DNA of 64,000 bases from an uncultured virus (IMG/VR IMGVR_UViG_3300022876_000098) (Duplodnaviria > Heunggongvirae > Uroviricota > Caudoviricetes): IMG/VR virus record IMGVR_UViG_3300022876_000098. The stretch is one strand, 5' to 3'. A program made the translations under genes and the position numbers. How positions within the stretch are numbered: position 1 is the stretch's first letter; every line of letters starts with the position of its first letter. The notes below the pieces were generated by a model, which saw nothing but the letters and a program-made list of their open reading frames with translations, was not told the origin of the DNA and ran no database searches. Shown piece by piece: positions 56,201 through 64,000 of the stretch.

Positions 56201-59200
56201 CTGGAGGGCACCACCACTTCGCAAGCCACCCAGCTCACCGGCTTGCAGTCCAGCCTGACCACCACCAACCAGAACGTCACGGCGGCTCAGCAAGCGGCGC
56301 AGGATGCGGCGACCCTCGCCGGCGGCAAGGGCAAGGTCATTGTCCAGGCTGCAGCGCCTGCTGTTGCTGACCGACTGGCGCAGAACCTCTGGATCGATAC
56401 CACCGGCAACGCCAACACGCCGAAACGCTGGAATGGCAGCGCTTGGGTGGCGGTCACCGACAAGGTCGCAACGGACGCAGCGGCGGCAGCAGCGAACGCA
56501 CTGACCGTGGCGCAGACAAAGGCCGATGCCTCGGTGGTCAACAACCTGTCGACCCGGGTCACTGATGCTGAGGGGGTAATTACGTCGCAGGGCCAGGCTA
56601 TGACCGGCCTGCAGAACAGTCTGGTCACCACCAATCAAAACGTGTCCGCCGCACAACAAGCGGCGCAGGATGCGTCCACCTTGGCCGGTGGAAAAGGCAA
56701 GGTGATCGTGCAGTCTGCTGCCCCTGCCGCAGCTGACCGACTGGCGCAGAATCTCTGGATCGATACCACGGGCAACGCAAACACACCTAAGCGATGGAGC
56801 GGTAGTGCCTGGGTGGCAGTGACGGACAAGGTGGCGACCGATGCGGCAGCCGCCGCGGCCAATGCATTGTCGGTCGCGCAAACCAAAGCCGATGCCTCGG
56901 CTGTTGATTCGCTGTCCACGACCGTGACTCAGCAGGGCAACACCATCACGTCGCAAGGCCAGGCACTCACTGGCCTCAACAACAGCTTGACCACCACCAA
57001 CCAGAACGTCACTGCAGCTCAGCAGGCAGCCCAATCTGCTTCCGACCTGGCCGGCGGTAAGGGCAAGGTTCTGTTCCAAGCAACAACACCGGCGGTTGCT
57101 GATCGGGCGGCCCAGAACCTCTGGATCGACACCACCGGCAACGCCAACACTCCGAAACGCTGGAACGGTAGTGCCTGGGTGGCTGTGACCGATAAAGTGG
57201 CCACTGATGCGGCGGCTGCCGCTGCTGCAGCAAGCGCGCTGGCGCAGACCAAGGCCGACGCCTCGACAGTGACCGCGCTGTCCAACACGGTGATCCAGCA
57301 AGGCAGCACGATCACCGCGCAAGGCCAGGCCCTCACGAACATTCAGGCCAGCATCGGGAACATTTCCGGTGAGAACCTGCTGCTGGACCCATCTTTCTCC
57401 AGTAGCAACGGCGTCAACGCTCAGCCCGGCATCCTGGTGCTGAACCGAAACGATTCCAGCGTGCCGGCACTGGCTCCCACGGCGCGCGTGGTGAAGTGGG
57501 ACGTGCCCGCCAGTACGGGGAACACCTATGTTGGATTTACGTCTGCCCTCAACGTCAGGCCTCCTGAGAGCTCCAACGCGACCCAGATCGCTGTGGCGGC
57601 CGGTGAGGTTTACGACTTCGAACTGGTACTGCACAGCGAGAAGGTGAGGCAGTTCGGCCTGTGGGCGCAGTACTACGCATTGGACGGATCCTCCGTTACC
57701 CATGGTTGGGTCCAGCAGGGAGGGGATGGCCTCAACATTGCCACCACCGCAGGTCAGTGGGTGAAGCTGACGGGTATGGTGACGGTCCCGGCCGGCGCCG
57801 TGCGCATGGCGATGACGGTTCGCATGTCTACCGGCGACGCCTTGGTTGCTTACATGGCCGCCCCGGCTGTACGCAAGCGTGCCGCCCAGACTAATGCGCT
57901 GGCGTCTGCTACGCATTCTCTGGATGCGCGGGTCGCGCAGACCGAGGCCGACCTGACCTCGCAGAGCTCGTCGATCATCTCCCTGCAGAGCAGCCTGACG
58001 ACCACGAACCAAAACGTCACCGCCGCGCAGCAGGCTGCCCAGGCAGCATCTGACCTGGCGGGCAGCAAGGGCAAGGTGATCGTGCAAACGGCTACCCCTG
58101 CGGTGCCTGACCGCCTCGGGCAAAACCTGTGGATCGACACCACAGGCGGCGCCAACACGCCTAAGCGCTGGAGTGGGTCTGCCTGGGTAGCGGTAACGGA
58201 CAAAGTTGCCACGGATGCGGCGGCTGCGGCCGCTAACGCTCTGGCCGTGGCTCAGACCAAGGCCGATGCAACTGCGGTGAACAACTTGGGTACCCGGGTA
58301 ACCAGCGCTGAAGGCAAGATCGAAGCGCAGGGATCTGCGCTAACTCAGGTGCAGGCAGCGGTGGGCGATATCGCGGGCAACGGGGCCAACCTGGTGCCAG
58401 CCGAATACGCTGTGTTTGGCCCGGCAGTACCCGCTCTGGTGATGGGCGGGGGCCAGGCTGCCACGGTTGAAGCTGATCCGCACGGTTTCAACGGCTATGT
58501 GCTGCGCTTGCTTCAAACCTCCGGTGCCGGCACCACGTACTTTGCGCCGAGCAACATCTACTCGGGGGCAAACATCGCCCTCAAAAACAAGAAGTACATC
58601 CTGGCTTGGGACGCCAAAAGTACTTCTGGGGCCAAGCAGATGCAGGTCAGCCTGCGGACTATTGCTGCCGACGGTGCCGTGAGGTTCGCACCTGGTCAGG
58701 ATGTCGCCATTACCGATCAGTGGGGCCGGTACAGCGCCGTGTTTGACCTGACCAGCACTGCTTTCGTAGCTGACCGGATGGTGGTGTGCATATCTGCGTC
58801 GCCCAACCCGAAGGATGGAATCGCGGTACTGGTAGACCGCATCATGCTCGAGGAGCAGGTCGGGGCCGGCACAACCCCGTCGACCTTCAACATTGGCAAC
58901 AGTGCTGGTCAGGTCGGCGCCTTGGCCAACTCGGTCAACCAGCTCGATGCCCGGGTGGTGCAGACGGAAACGGGGCTGACCTCGCAAGGGATCGCGCTGA
59001 CCGGCCTGCAAAACAGCCTGACCACGACCAATCAGAACGTCACTGCTGCCCAACAAGCAGCACAGGCGGCGTCCGATCTTGCGGGTGGGAAGGGTAAGGT
59101 GATGTATCAGTCCACGGCCCCGGCAGTAGCGGATCGCCTGCCGCAGAACCTCTGGATTGATACAACCGGCAGCGCGAACACGCCGAAACGCTGGAGCGGA

Positions 59201-62200
59201 ACTGCATGGGTGGCGGTTACCGACAAGGTGGCCACGGATGCAGCTTCGGCGGCAGCCAGTGCGCTGTCCCAAGTGGCGACGAAAGCCGATGCCTCGACTG
59301 TGCAACAATTAAGCAACACAGTTTCACAGCAGGGGCAGACGGTGACCGCCCAGGGGCAGGCGATTACCAACATCCAGACATCGGTTGGCAACTCATCGCA
59401 GGACAATCTGCTGCGCAACCCCGACTTCAATGCGGCCGGTGATTTAGTCAACAACAGCACCGCTGACTTCAAGATGGAGTACTTCAGCAAGACGGATGTG
59501 GGTGTACCAGCTGCAGCACCTGCAAATCGACTGCTTTGTATGTCCAAGTTGCGGGATGTATCTGGATGGGGCGGTCAGGCGCTGGTGTTCACCAACGGCA
59601 GCGTGCGCACCGCCGCGACGCCGGGGGAAGTCCTTAACGTGGAATGCCAGATGTTCTGCGAAAATGCGACGACCAATGCGGGCAAGATCGCTATCACGTA
59701 CTGGATCGACAGTTCCACCAGCGTCAGCGGCAACGTTCGAATCCTCGGCTACAGGGCTGCAGATGGGGGGTGGCAGAAGCTTACCGTTCAAGTGACTGTG
59801 CCAGCCCAGACGACCGAGATTTCGTTGTACATCGTGCCGGATGGTCCTGCTGTGGTCGGTTTCAAAATGTGGATCGCGAACTTGAAAATCGCCAGGCAGG
59901 GGGCTGGCGAAGCGGCACTTGCATCTGCCACGCAGCAGCTTGATTCCCGGGTGAGTCAGACTGAGCTGGGGTTGACCTCCCAGGGCTCTGCAATCACGGG
60001 CCTGACCAACAGCCTCTCCACCACCAACCAGAACGTCACTGCAGCGCAGCAGGCCGCGCAGGCAGCTTCGGACTTGGCCGGCGGCAAGGGTAAAGTGATC
60101 ATCCAGAGCGCGACGCCGGCCACGGCTGACCGCTTGGCGCAGAACCTCTGGATCGATACCACGGGCAACGCCAACACACCCAAGCGGTGGAGCGGCAGCG
60201 CCTGGTTGGCGGTGACGGACAAGGTGGCAACGGACGCCGCTACTGCTGCAGCAAGCGCTTTGAGCCAGGTTGCCGCCAAGGCTGACGCATCAACGGTCCA
60301 GGCACTGACCAACACGGTCACCCAGCAGGGATCGACAATCACGGCGCAAGGAAGCGAGATCACCAACATCAAGGCATCGGTTGGCGTTCTGTCGGCTGAA
60401 AACCTGCTGTTCAACCCGGCATTCGCAGATGGCCCGGTGTTCTCTGGTTCTCCAGCGTTCGCCGTGCTGGCGCGCAATGACGCCTCAGTGCCATCTGGGG
60501 CGCCGTCGCCCCGGGTGGTGAAGTGGCCCGTGGCAACGTCCACCGGCAACAACTACCTGGGCTTTCAAAGTGCCCTCAACGTCCGGCCTCCCGAGAATGC
60601 GGTGACTTCGCAAATCTCTGTTGCGGGCGGCGAGGTCTATGATTTCGAGCTGTATGCCTACAGCTCAGTGGCGCGTCAGCATGGGTTGTGGATTCAGTTC
60701 TATGATCTCGAAGGCACGAGCGTCGGTCACAACTGGGTGGTTGCAGCGGGCGATGGGGTTCGTCTCACAAACGTTGCGCAAACCTGGACGAAGCTGACTG
60801 GGCAGGCCACCGTGCCGGCTGGATGCGTGCGTATGGCGATGACCTTCCGCGTGTCGGTGGGTGATGCCACCGATGTGTTCCTGTCCTCGCCAATTGCACG
60901 CAAGCGCGCCGGTCAGGACAATGCCCAGGCCAGCGCACTGCAATCGGTTGACGCCCGTGTTTCGGTGACAGAGGGGACGGTCTCCAGCCAAGGATCTGCC
61001 ATCACCCAGCTGAACAACGCTGTGGCGGGCAAGGCGGACAACACTGCGCTGCAGAGCCTGCAGGGTACCGTGACACAGCAGGGCAACACGCTGAGCTCGC
61101 AGGGTCAGGCAGTTACTCAACTGCAAAGCTCCATAAGCGGGATCGGGGGAAGCGGCTCCAACCTGCTGGCGGATGACTACAGCTGGCTGACTTCTACCAC
61201 GCTTCCGGCTACGGCCGTCGGCAGTGGTGTGACGCGAGAAGGCGTGGCAGTGCCGGACGCTGACTCCGGCTTCGGCTACCTGGCTGGGAGCAGCACCAAT
61301 AGCTTCCTCATGCTGAGCCCGACCAACAACCTGGCTGGCTGGAACGTGCGGATCGAGCCTGGCGTGTACCTGGTGTCTATGTACATCCAGTGCAGCGCGG
61401 TCACCAACGGGCGTGTCTCGCTATACAACGGCACGCATCGGTATGGGCCCACGCTTGCCCTGCCGACGACGCGGACACGCGTGACCTTCCCGGTCACCGT
61501 CACGGATAGCGGCAAGGTCGGCATCACCATCTACTTCAACATGAGCGCTGTTTCCGGGCTCACGGCTATCATCGATTCGGTGATGATCGAGAAGCGGGTG
61601 GGGGAGAGCAACACGCCTTCGCCGTTCGTAGCGGGCCCATCCGCGCGGGCGGTGAGTGGTCAGGCCACGGCCATCAGCCAACTGAACACCACGGTGAACC
61701 AGCAAGGGACGGCGATCACCGCGCAGGCCAGCCGCTTGGATGGTCTGTATGTTCAGGTGAACCCGGAAATGGAGGGCGACAGCACCGGCTTGGCTGGTGC
61801 CACCGGCGGCCTGGTTGGTGTCTGGACCGAGCAGTCGGCCCGGATCGAGGATGGCGTTGCCATGGGCAAGCGGGTGGACACGGTCCAGTCGCAAGTCGGC
61901 GGCGTAGAAGGCTCGGTACAGGCCGTGAGCGCCTCGGTGCAGCAGGTCTCCGAGACTATTGCCGGCGTAGATGGGCGCGTTTCCGCCATGACCACGATCA
62001 AGGCTGAAACGATTGCCGACGGGCGCCGCGTGATGGCGGGGCTTGCGCTGGGCAGTAATGGAGAAACTGCTGAGATCCTGGCCTACGCGCAGCGCTTTGC
62101 GATTGTGGATGAGTCGTCTGGACAGGTGACCCTGCCGTTTGTTGTTTCGAACGGTCAGGTGTTCATCAACCAGGCGGTGATCAATCAGGCGTTCATTCAG

Positions 62201-62398
62201 AACATCGTGGCCGGCATGACGATTCGCTCGCAAGCAGTCAACTCACAAGGACTTCCCCTTCTGGAGCTGAACTTTGTGACGGGTGCTGTGAGTATCAGGG
62301 GGCAGGATGCCAATGGATCGACGCTGCTGAACAACGCCGGGCTGTACGTTTACGACGCCAATGGCATCGAGCGTACGGCGGTAGGGAGGCTTACCTAA
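53207..62398 (+). CDS. Giant tail tip/host-specificity protein J with internal repeats
   Basis: Lambda-J-like N-terminus, FN3-like region, six ~120-aa repeats, five jelly-roll-like modules, J-type C-terminus. Confidence 0.92.
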   Translation: MGAAQHLDIAGAKGGSSKPKTPVEAPDSLQSTNIASILLAVGEGEFDGTPTDRDIYLDNTPIMDVSGNVNFPGVSWEWRTGSIDQEYIKGIPAIENENTVNVELRSENPFTRALSNTQLSRLRLRFTWPRLASQDSSGNTNGYRIEYAIDIATDGGAYVEAHRGAVDGKTTNGYQRSVSVDLPASTSGWMFRVRRITPNQNSGTVADTMTIAGYTEIIDEKLRYPNTALLYIEFDAQQFQNIPAVTVKCKAKRWPVPTNYDPVARTYTGVWDGTFKQAWTNNPAFVTYGLCVEDRFGLGKRIKSWMVDKWEMYRIAQYCDQLVPNGQGGQEPRFLCDMNLQGRAEAWTLLRDLSAIYRGMVYWAHGSLFMQADMPRAQDIDYVFTRANVIDGEFVYGGAERNTHYSRALVSYDNPANNYDTDVIPVTDLALQRRYRDRPVEISAIGCTRASEAQRRGKWALLSNSQDRTVTFKTGMEGRIPLPGYVIPVADELVAGRPNGGRISSAAGRVVTLDRDTPIKAGDRLILNLPNGTAQARTVQSVAGRAVTVTTAYSVQPEPELQWAIDYDDLAVQLFRVLKTTRTQEGAYEITALEFNPSKFAAIDTGAKLDERPISVIPVTTVQPPASVTLTSAYAVDQGIGVNTMTISWPAVQGAVAYDVEWRKDNGNWVRVQRTGAASVDVVGIYAGAYLARVRAVSSFDITSTWRDSMLTQLKGKEGLPPAVAFLTTTPLVFGTRLNWGFPAGAEDTERTEIWQGTTTKREEASKLGDFAYPQAGHEVHGLAAGVSFFYWARLIDRSGNVGLWYPTGVGVNGQASSNQFEYEEYFKDKISNGSLYPALRDEIALISGPPDLPGSVNNRLEELDEQVTEITDQLGDAVTQVQSNLDTATQQAQQAIDQVAEAARQVQQDLDEATQDLQGQIDGVSQIAKSLPYNADKTYTSGQTVLGTDGKLYQASKAVPKNTAPPNTSYWTDVGQVVQSANGLAARVQTVETKVTNLEGTTTSQATQLTGLQSSLTTTNQNVTAAQQAAQDAATLAGGKGKVIVQAAAPAVADRLAQNLWIDTTGNANTPKRWNGSAWVAVTDKVATDAAAAAANALTVAQTKADASVVNNLSTRVTDAEGVITSQGQAMTGLQNSLVTTNQNVSAAQQAAQDASTLAGGKGKVIVQSAAPAAADRLAQNLWIDTTGNANTPKRWSGSAWVAVTDKVATDAAAAAANALSVAQTKADASAVDSLSTTVTQQGNTITSQGQALTGLNNSLTTTNQNVTAAQQAAQSASDLAGGKGKVLFQATTPAVADRAAQNLWIDTTGNANTPKRWNGSAWVAVTDKVATDAAAAAAAASALAQTKADASTVTALSNTVIQQGSTITAQGQALTNIQASIGNISGENLLLDPSFSSSNGVNAQPGILVLNRNDSSVPALAPTARVVKWDVPASTGNTYVGFTSALNVRPPESSNATQIAVAAGEVYDFELVLHSEKVRQFGLWAQYYALDGSSVTHGWVQQGGDGLNIATTAGQWVKLTGMVTVPAGAVRMAMTVRMSTGDALVAYMAAPAVRKRAAQTNALASATHSLDARVAQTEADLTSQSSSIISLQSSLTTTNQNVTAAQQAAQAASDLAGSKGKVIVQTATPAVPDRLGQNLWIDTTGGANTPKRWSGSAWVAVTDKVATDAAAAAANALAVAQTKADATAVNNLGTRVTSAEGKIEAQGSALTQVQAAVGDIAGNGANLVPAEYAVFGPAVPALVMGGGQAATVEADPHGFNGYVLRLLQTSGAGTTYFAPSNIYSGANIALKNKKYILAWDAKSTSGAKQMQVSLRTIAADGAVRFAPGQDVAITDQWGRYSAVFDLTSTAFVADRMVVCISASPNPKDGIAVLVDRIMLEEQVGAGTTPSTFNIGNSAGQVGALANSVNQLDARVVQTETGLTSQGIALTGLQNSLTTTNQNVTAAQQAAQAASDLAGGKGKVMYQSTAPAVADRLPQNLWIDTTGSANTPKRWSGTAWVAVTDKVATDAASAAASALSQVATKADASTVQQLSNTVSQQGQTVTAQGQAITNIQTSVGNSSQDNLLRNPDFNAAGDLVNNSTADFKMEYFSKTDVGVPAAAPANRLLCMSKLRDVSGWGGQALVFTNGSVRTAATPGEVLNVECQMFCENATTNAGKIAITYWIDSSTSVSGNVRILGYRAADGGWQKLTVQVTVPAQTTEISLYIVPDGPAVVGFKMWIANLKIARQGAGEAALASATQQLDSRVSQTELGLTSQGSAITGLTNSLSTTNQNVTAAQQAAQAASDLAGGKGKVIIQSATPATADRLAQNLWIDTTGNANTPKRWSGSAWLAVTDKVATDAATAAASALSQVAAKADASTVQALTNTVTQQGSTITAQGSEITNIKASVGVLSAENLLFNPAFADGPVFSGSPAFAVLARNDASVPSGAPSPRVVKWPVATSTGNNYLGFQSALNVRPPENAVTSQISVAGGEVYDFELYAYSSVARQHGLWIQFYDLEGTSVGHNWVVAAGDGVRLTNVAQTWTKLTGQATVPAGCVRMAMTFRVSVGDATDVFLSSPIARKRAGQDNAQASALQSVDARVSVTEGTVSSQGSAITQLNNAVAGKADNTALQSLQGTVTQQGNTLSSQGQAVTQLQSSISGIGGSGSNLLADDYSWLTSTTLPATAVGSGVTREGVAVPDADSGFGYLAGSSTNSFLMLSPTNNLAGWNVRIEPGVYLVSMYIQCSAVTNGRVSLYNGTHRYGPTLALPTTRTRVTFPVTVTDSGKVGITIYFNMSAVSGLTAIIDSVMIEKRVGESNTPSPFVAGPSARAVSGQATAISQLNTTVNQQGTAITAQASRLDGLYVQVNPEMEGDSTGLAGATGGLVGVWTEQSARIEDGVAMGKRVDTVQSQVGGVEGSVQAVSASVQQVSETIAGVDGRVSAMTTIKAETIADGRRVMAGLALGSNGETAEILAYAQRFAIVDESSGQVTLPFVVSNGQVFINQAVINQAFIQNIVAGMTIRSQAVNSQGLPLLELNFVTGAVSIRGQDANGSTLLNNAGLYVYDANGIERTAVGRLT

Positions 62399-63453
62399 TG
62401 GCTGATCTATATGGGCTCCGGACGCGGGATGCGTCTGGGGGCATCACCCTCGACACCACGATCACCTCGGTGCGATCTCTGAAAATGATGCAGGTGACCG
62501 GCAACGGCGAATTCGACCAGTACATCTCGATTCCCGAGATCCAGGCGCAATCCTTCGTGGTCGTGGACGCGTTGTATGACGGAGGAGAGAACACCACCAG
62601 TCCTCAGGCCTGGTTCTCCGCGGGGCAGTTGCAGCTGCGGCAGCCCTACACCCGCACCTGGCAAGTGATGATTCTTTCATTGGGTGGCGAGCCGTTCGCT
62701 GCGCCTGGGTCCTATGGCATCCGCGCGTCGAACAACAACATTCGGACGCAGATCGATTCAATCAATCAGGTGCTAACGGTTCGTTACAACGGAAGGTTCA
62801 ATATCGGTTTTCAAGGCCCTGGCAGCGGAAATCAGATCCAATGGGCTGATGTGAACTTTGCTGCGCCGATCACCACGTATGAAAGGCCGCTGGTCTTTTT
62901 GAATGCCGATGATTACATGATGGTCGGTAACTTCTCGGTGAAAGGCAGCCCGGGAAACTGGACCGGGTTCAGATTGAAAGCCTGGAACAACCAAAACGGG
63001 CATGGGCAAACTGCGCTTTATCCAATGATGATCAACTGGTTCTGCGCGAGTTACATGGCGCCGGATACTGCTCCTGGGCAGTATGGGGCTGCTGTAAGGA
63101 ATAGCGCAGGCAGCCGGACCTTTGTCACCACTGCCAATCTAGCGTTACTGAATGGTCAGCCGGCGTCCAATGCCTTTGTCCAGGCAGGTGACCCCCTGAC
63201 AGGTGGCGCGTGGTATGCGCCGAGTCAGCAGATGCGTTGGACAGGAAGCTATCAGGACTATGTTCTGGCCAATGCTTTGTTCTCGGTCACCAATATCGGA
63301 CAAACAGACCAGCCTTTGCGCGCCAACTTCGGTGGTTTTCTGCCGGGGAATAGATCGGTGTTGCAAATGTATTGCGACAACGGTTCAGGCATTAACCCAC
63401 TCACAGCCAATGGCCGGACGCTTTTCGCGTCTCGTCCGATGAAGCCTTTTTAA
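62398..63453 (+). CDS. Tail tip accessory protein
   Basis: Three YG(L/I/A) repeats typical of genes following J; coupled to J. Confidence 0.7.
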   Translation: MADLYGLRTRDASGGITLDTTITSVRSLKMMQVTGNGEFDQYISIPEIQAQSFVVVDALYDGGENTTSPQAWFSAGQLQLRQPYTRTWQVMILSLGGEPFAAPGSYGIRASNNNIRTQIDSINQVLTVRYNGRFNIGFQGPGSGNQIQWADVNFAAPITTYERPLVFLNADDYMMVGNFSVKGSPGNWTGFRLKAWNNQNGHGQTALYPMMINWFCASYMAPDTAPGQYGAAVRNSAGSRTFVTTANLALLNGQPASNAFVQAGDPLTGGAWYAPSQQMRWTGSYQDYVLANALFSVTNIGQTDQPLRANFGGFLPGNRSVLQMYCDNGSGINPLTANGRTLFASRPMKPF

Positions 63454-63462
63454 GGAGCATAC

Positions 63463-64000
63463 ATGGCAAAGCAAGTAATCAACCTCGGCACCGCTCCCAG
63501 TGGAGCCGGCGGAGATGATCGCCGGGGAGCCTGGGTTAAGGCCCGAGCTAACTTCACCGAGCTGTTCAACTGGATCTCCAACCTGGCGCAAACTGATGAC
63601 CAGGCGACATCTCTTCCTGCGTCTCTGCCAATCGCGAAAGGTGGCACTGGCGGTACCTCTGTGGCTGCCGCACTGAACAACCTCGGATTAGGGGCGAGCA
63701 GCGCTGTAAACTTTGCCGCCATCGAGCTGAGCTCTTCCACTCCGTGGATCGACTTCCATGCAGGCAGCAGCGGGGCAGACTACACCTCACGACTGATCGC
63801 TAGAACGGCGGGTACTCTCCTGTGCGAGGGCTCGCGCTTCGGTGCCACCGGCTATCTGACCAGAACGGGCGAGTCTGGCGCGAACCAGAACAACGTCTTC
63901 AACATCGCCTGGACCTCGGGAGCCGCCGACCTGTACGTCGACGTGACCCGCATCGGCTCACTACAGGTCACCTCTTCGGACTACCGAATCAAGAAGAACA
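63463..64000 (+). CDS. Tail fibre (partial) with start of an S74-type chaperone domain
   Basis: MAKQVINLGTAPSGAGGDD..KGGTG..IDFH..DY..SDYRIKKN; runs off the window. Confidence 0.8.
   Translation, partial: MAKQVINLGTAPSGAGGDDRRGAWVKARANFTELFNWISNLAQTDDQATSLPASLPIAKGGTGGTSVAAALNNLGLGASSAVNFAAIELSSSTPWIDFHAGSSGADYTSRLIARTAGTLLCEGSRFGATGYLTRTGESGANQNNVFNIAWTSGAADLYVDVTRIGSLQVTSSDYRIKKN

Larger units (their letters stand above)
2900..64000. mobile_element. Lambdoid siphovirus prophage, right end outside the window
   Basis: Canonical order int-xis-early left-cI/cro-replication-nin-Q-holin-head-tail. The left boundary is inferred from the integrase abutting the ABC-F start. Confidence 0.95.

Noticed and set aside
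56200..60400. CRISPR array or DGR template/variable repeats
   Set aside because: Repeats are in-frame coding units with synonymous divergence; no cas or RT gene in the window and no obvious adenine-specific mismatch pattern.

Overview
The window begins with host genes of a Pseudomonas (probably P. putida group): an MFS transporter, a REP-like palindrome and an ABC-F/YbiT ATPase. From about 2.9 kb to the right edge it is one lambdoid siphovirus prophage, apparently integrated in the 5' end of the ABC-F gene. Gene order is int/xis, an early-left arm (DHH phosphoesterase, methyltransferases, ssb/YqaJ/ERF), immunity region (cI/cro/cII with OL/OR operators), replication, nin genes, Q, com + lectin-like bacteriocin, holin, terminase/portal/capsid, and a lambda-type tail with a ~3060-aa repeat-rich tail tip protein and the start of a tail fibre. 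The endolysin and attR are not in the window. The most notable items are: (1) an AT-rich ATPase-TOPRIM nuclease + C5 methyltransferase pair in the rexAB-equivalent slot behind cI, a candidate anti-phage system; (2) an HNH nuclease convergent on a phage Dcm that hides an overprinted ORF; (3) antisense gene cassettes that repeatedly split or duplicate a recurrent pyrimidine-tract/hairpin/RBS element; (4) a highly structured non-coding block with a tRNA-like fold and a possible RNA switch; (5) GGAU-tetraloop hairpins before the scaffold and capsid genes; and (6) the modular tail tip protein. All family assignments come from motif recognition by eye, not database searches.
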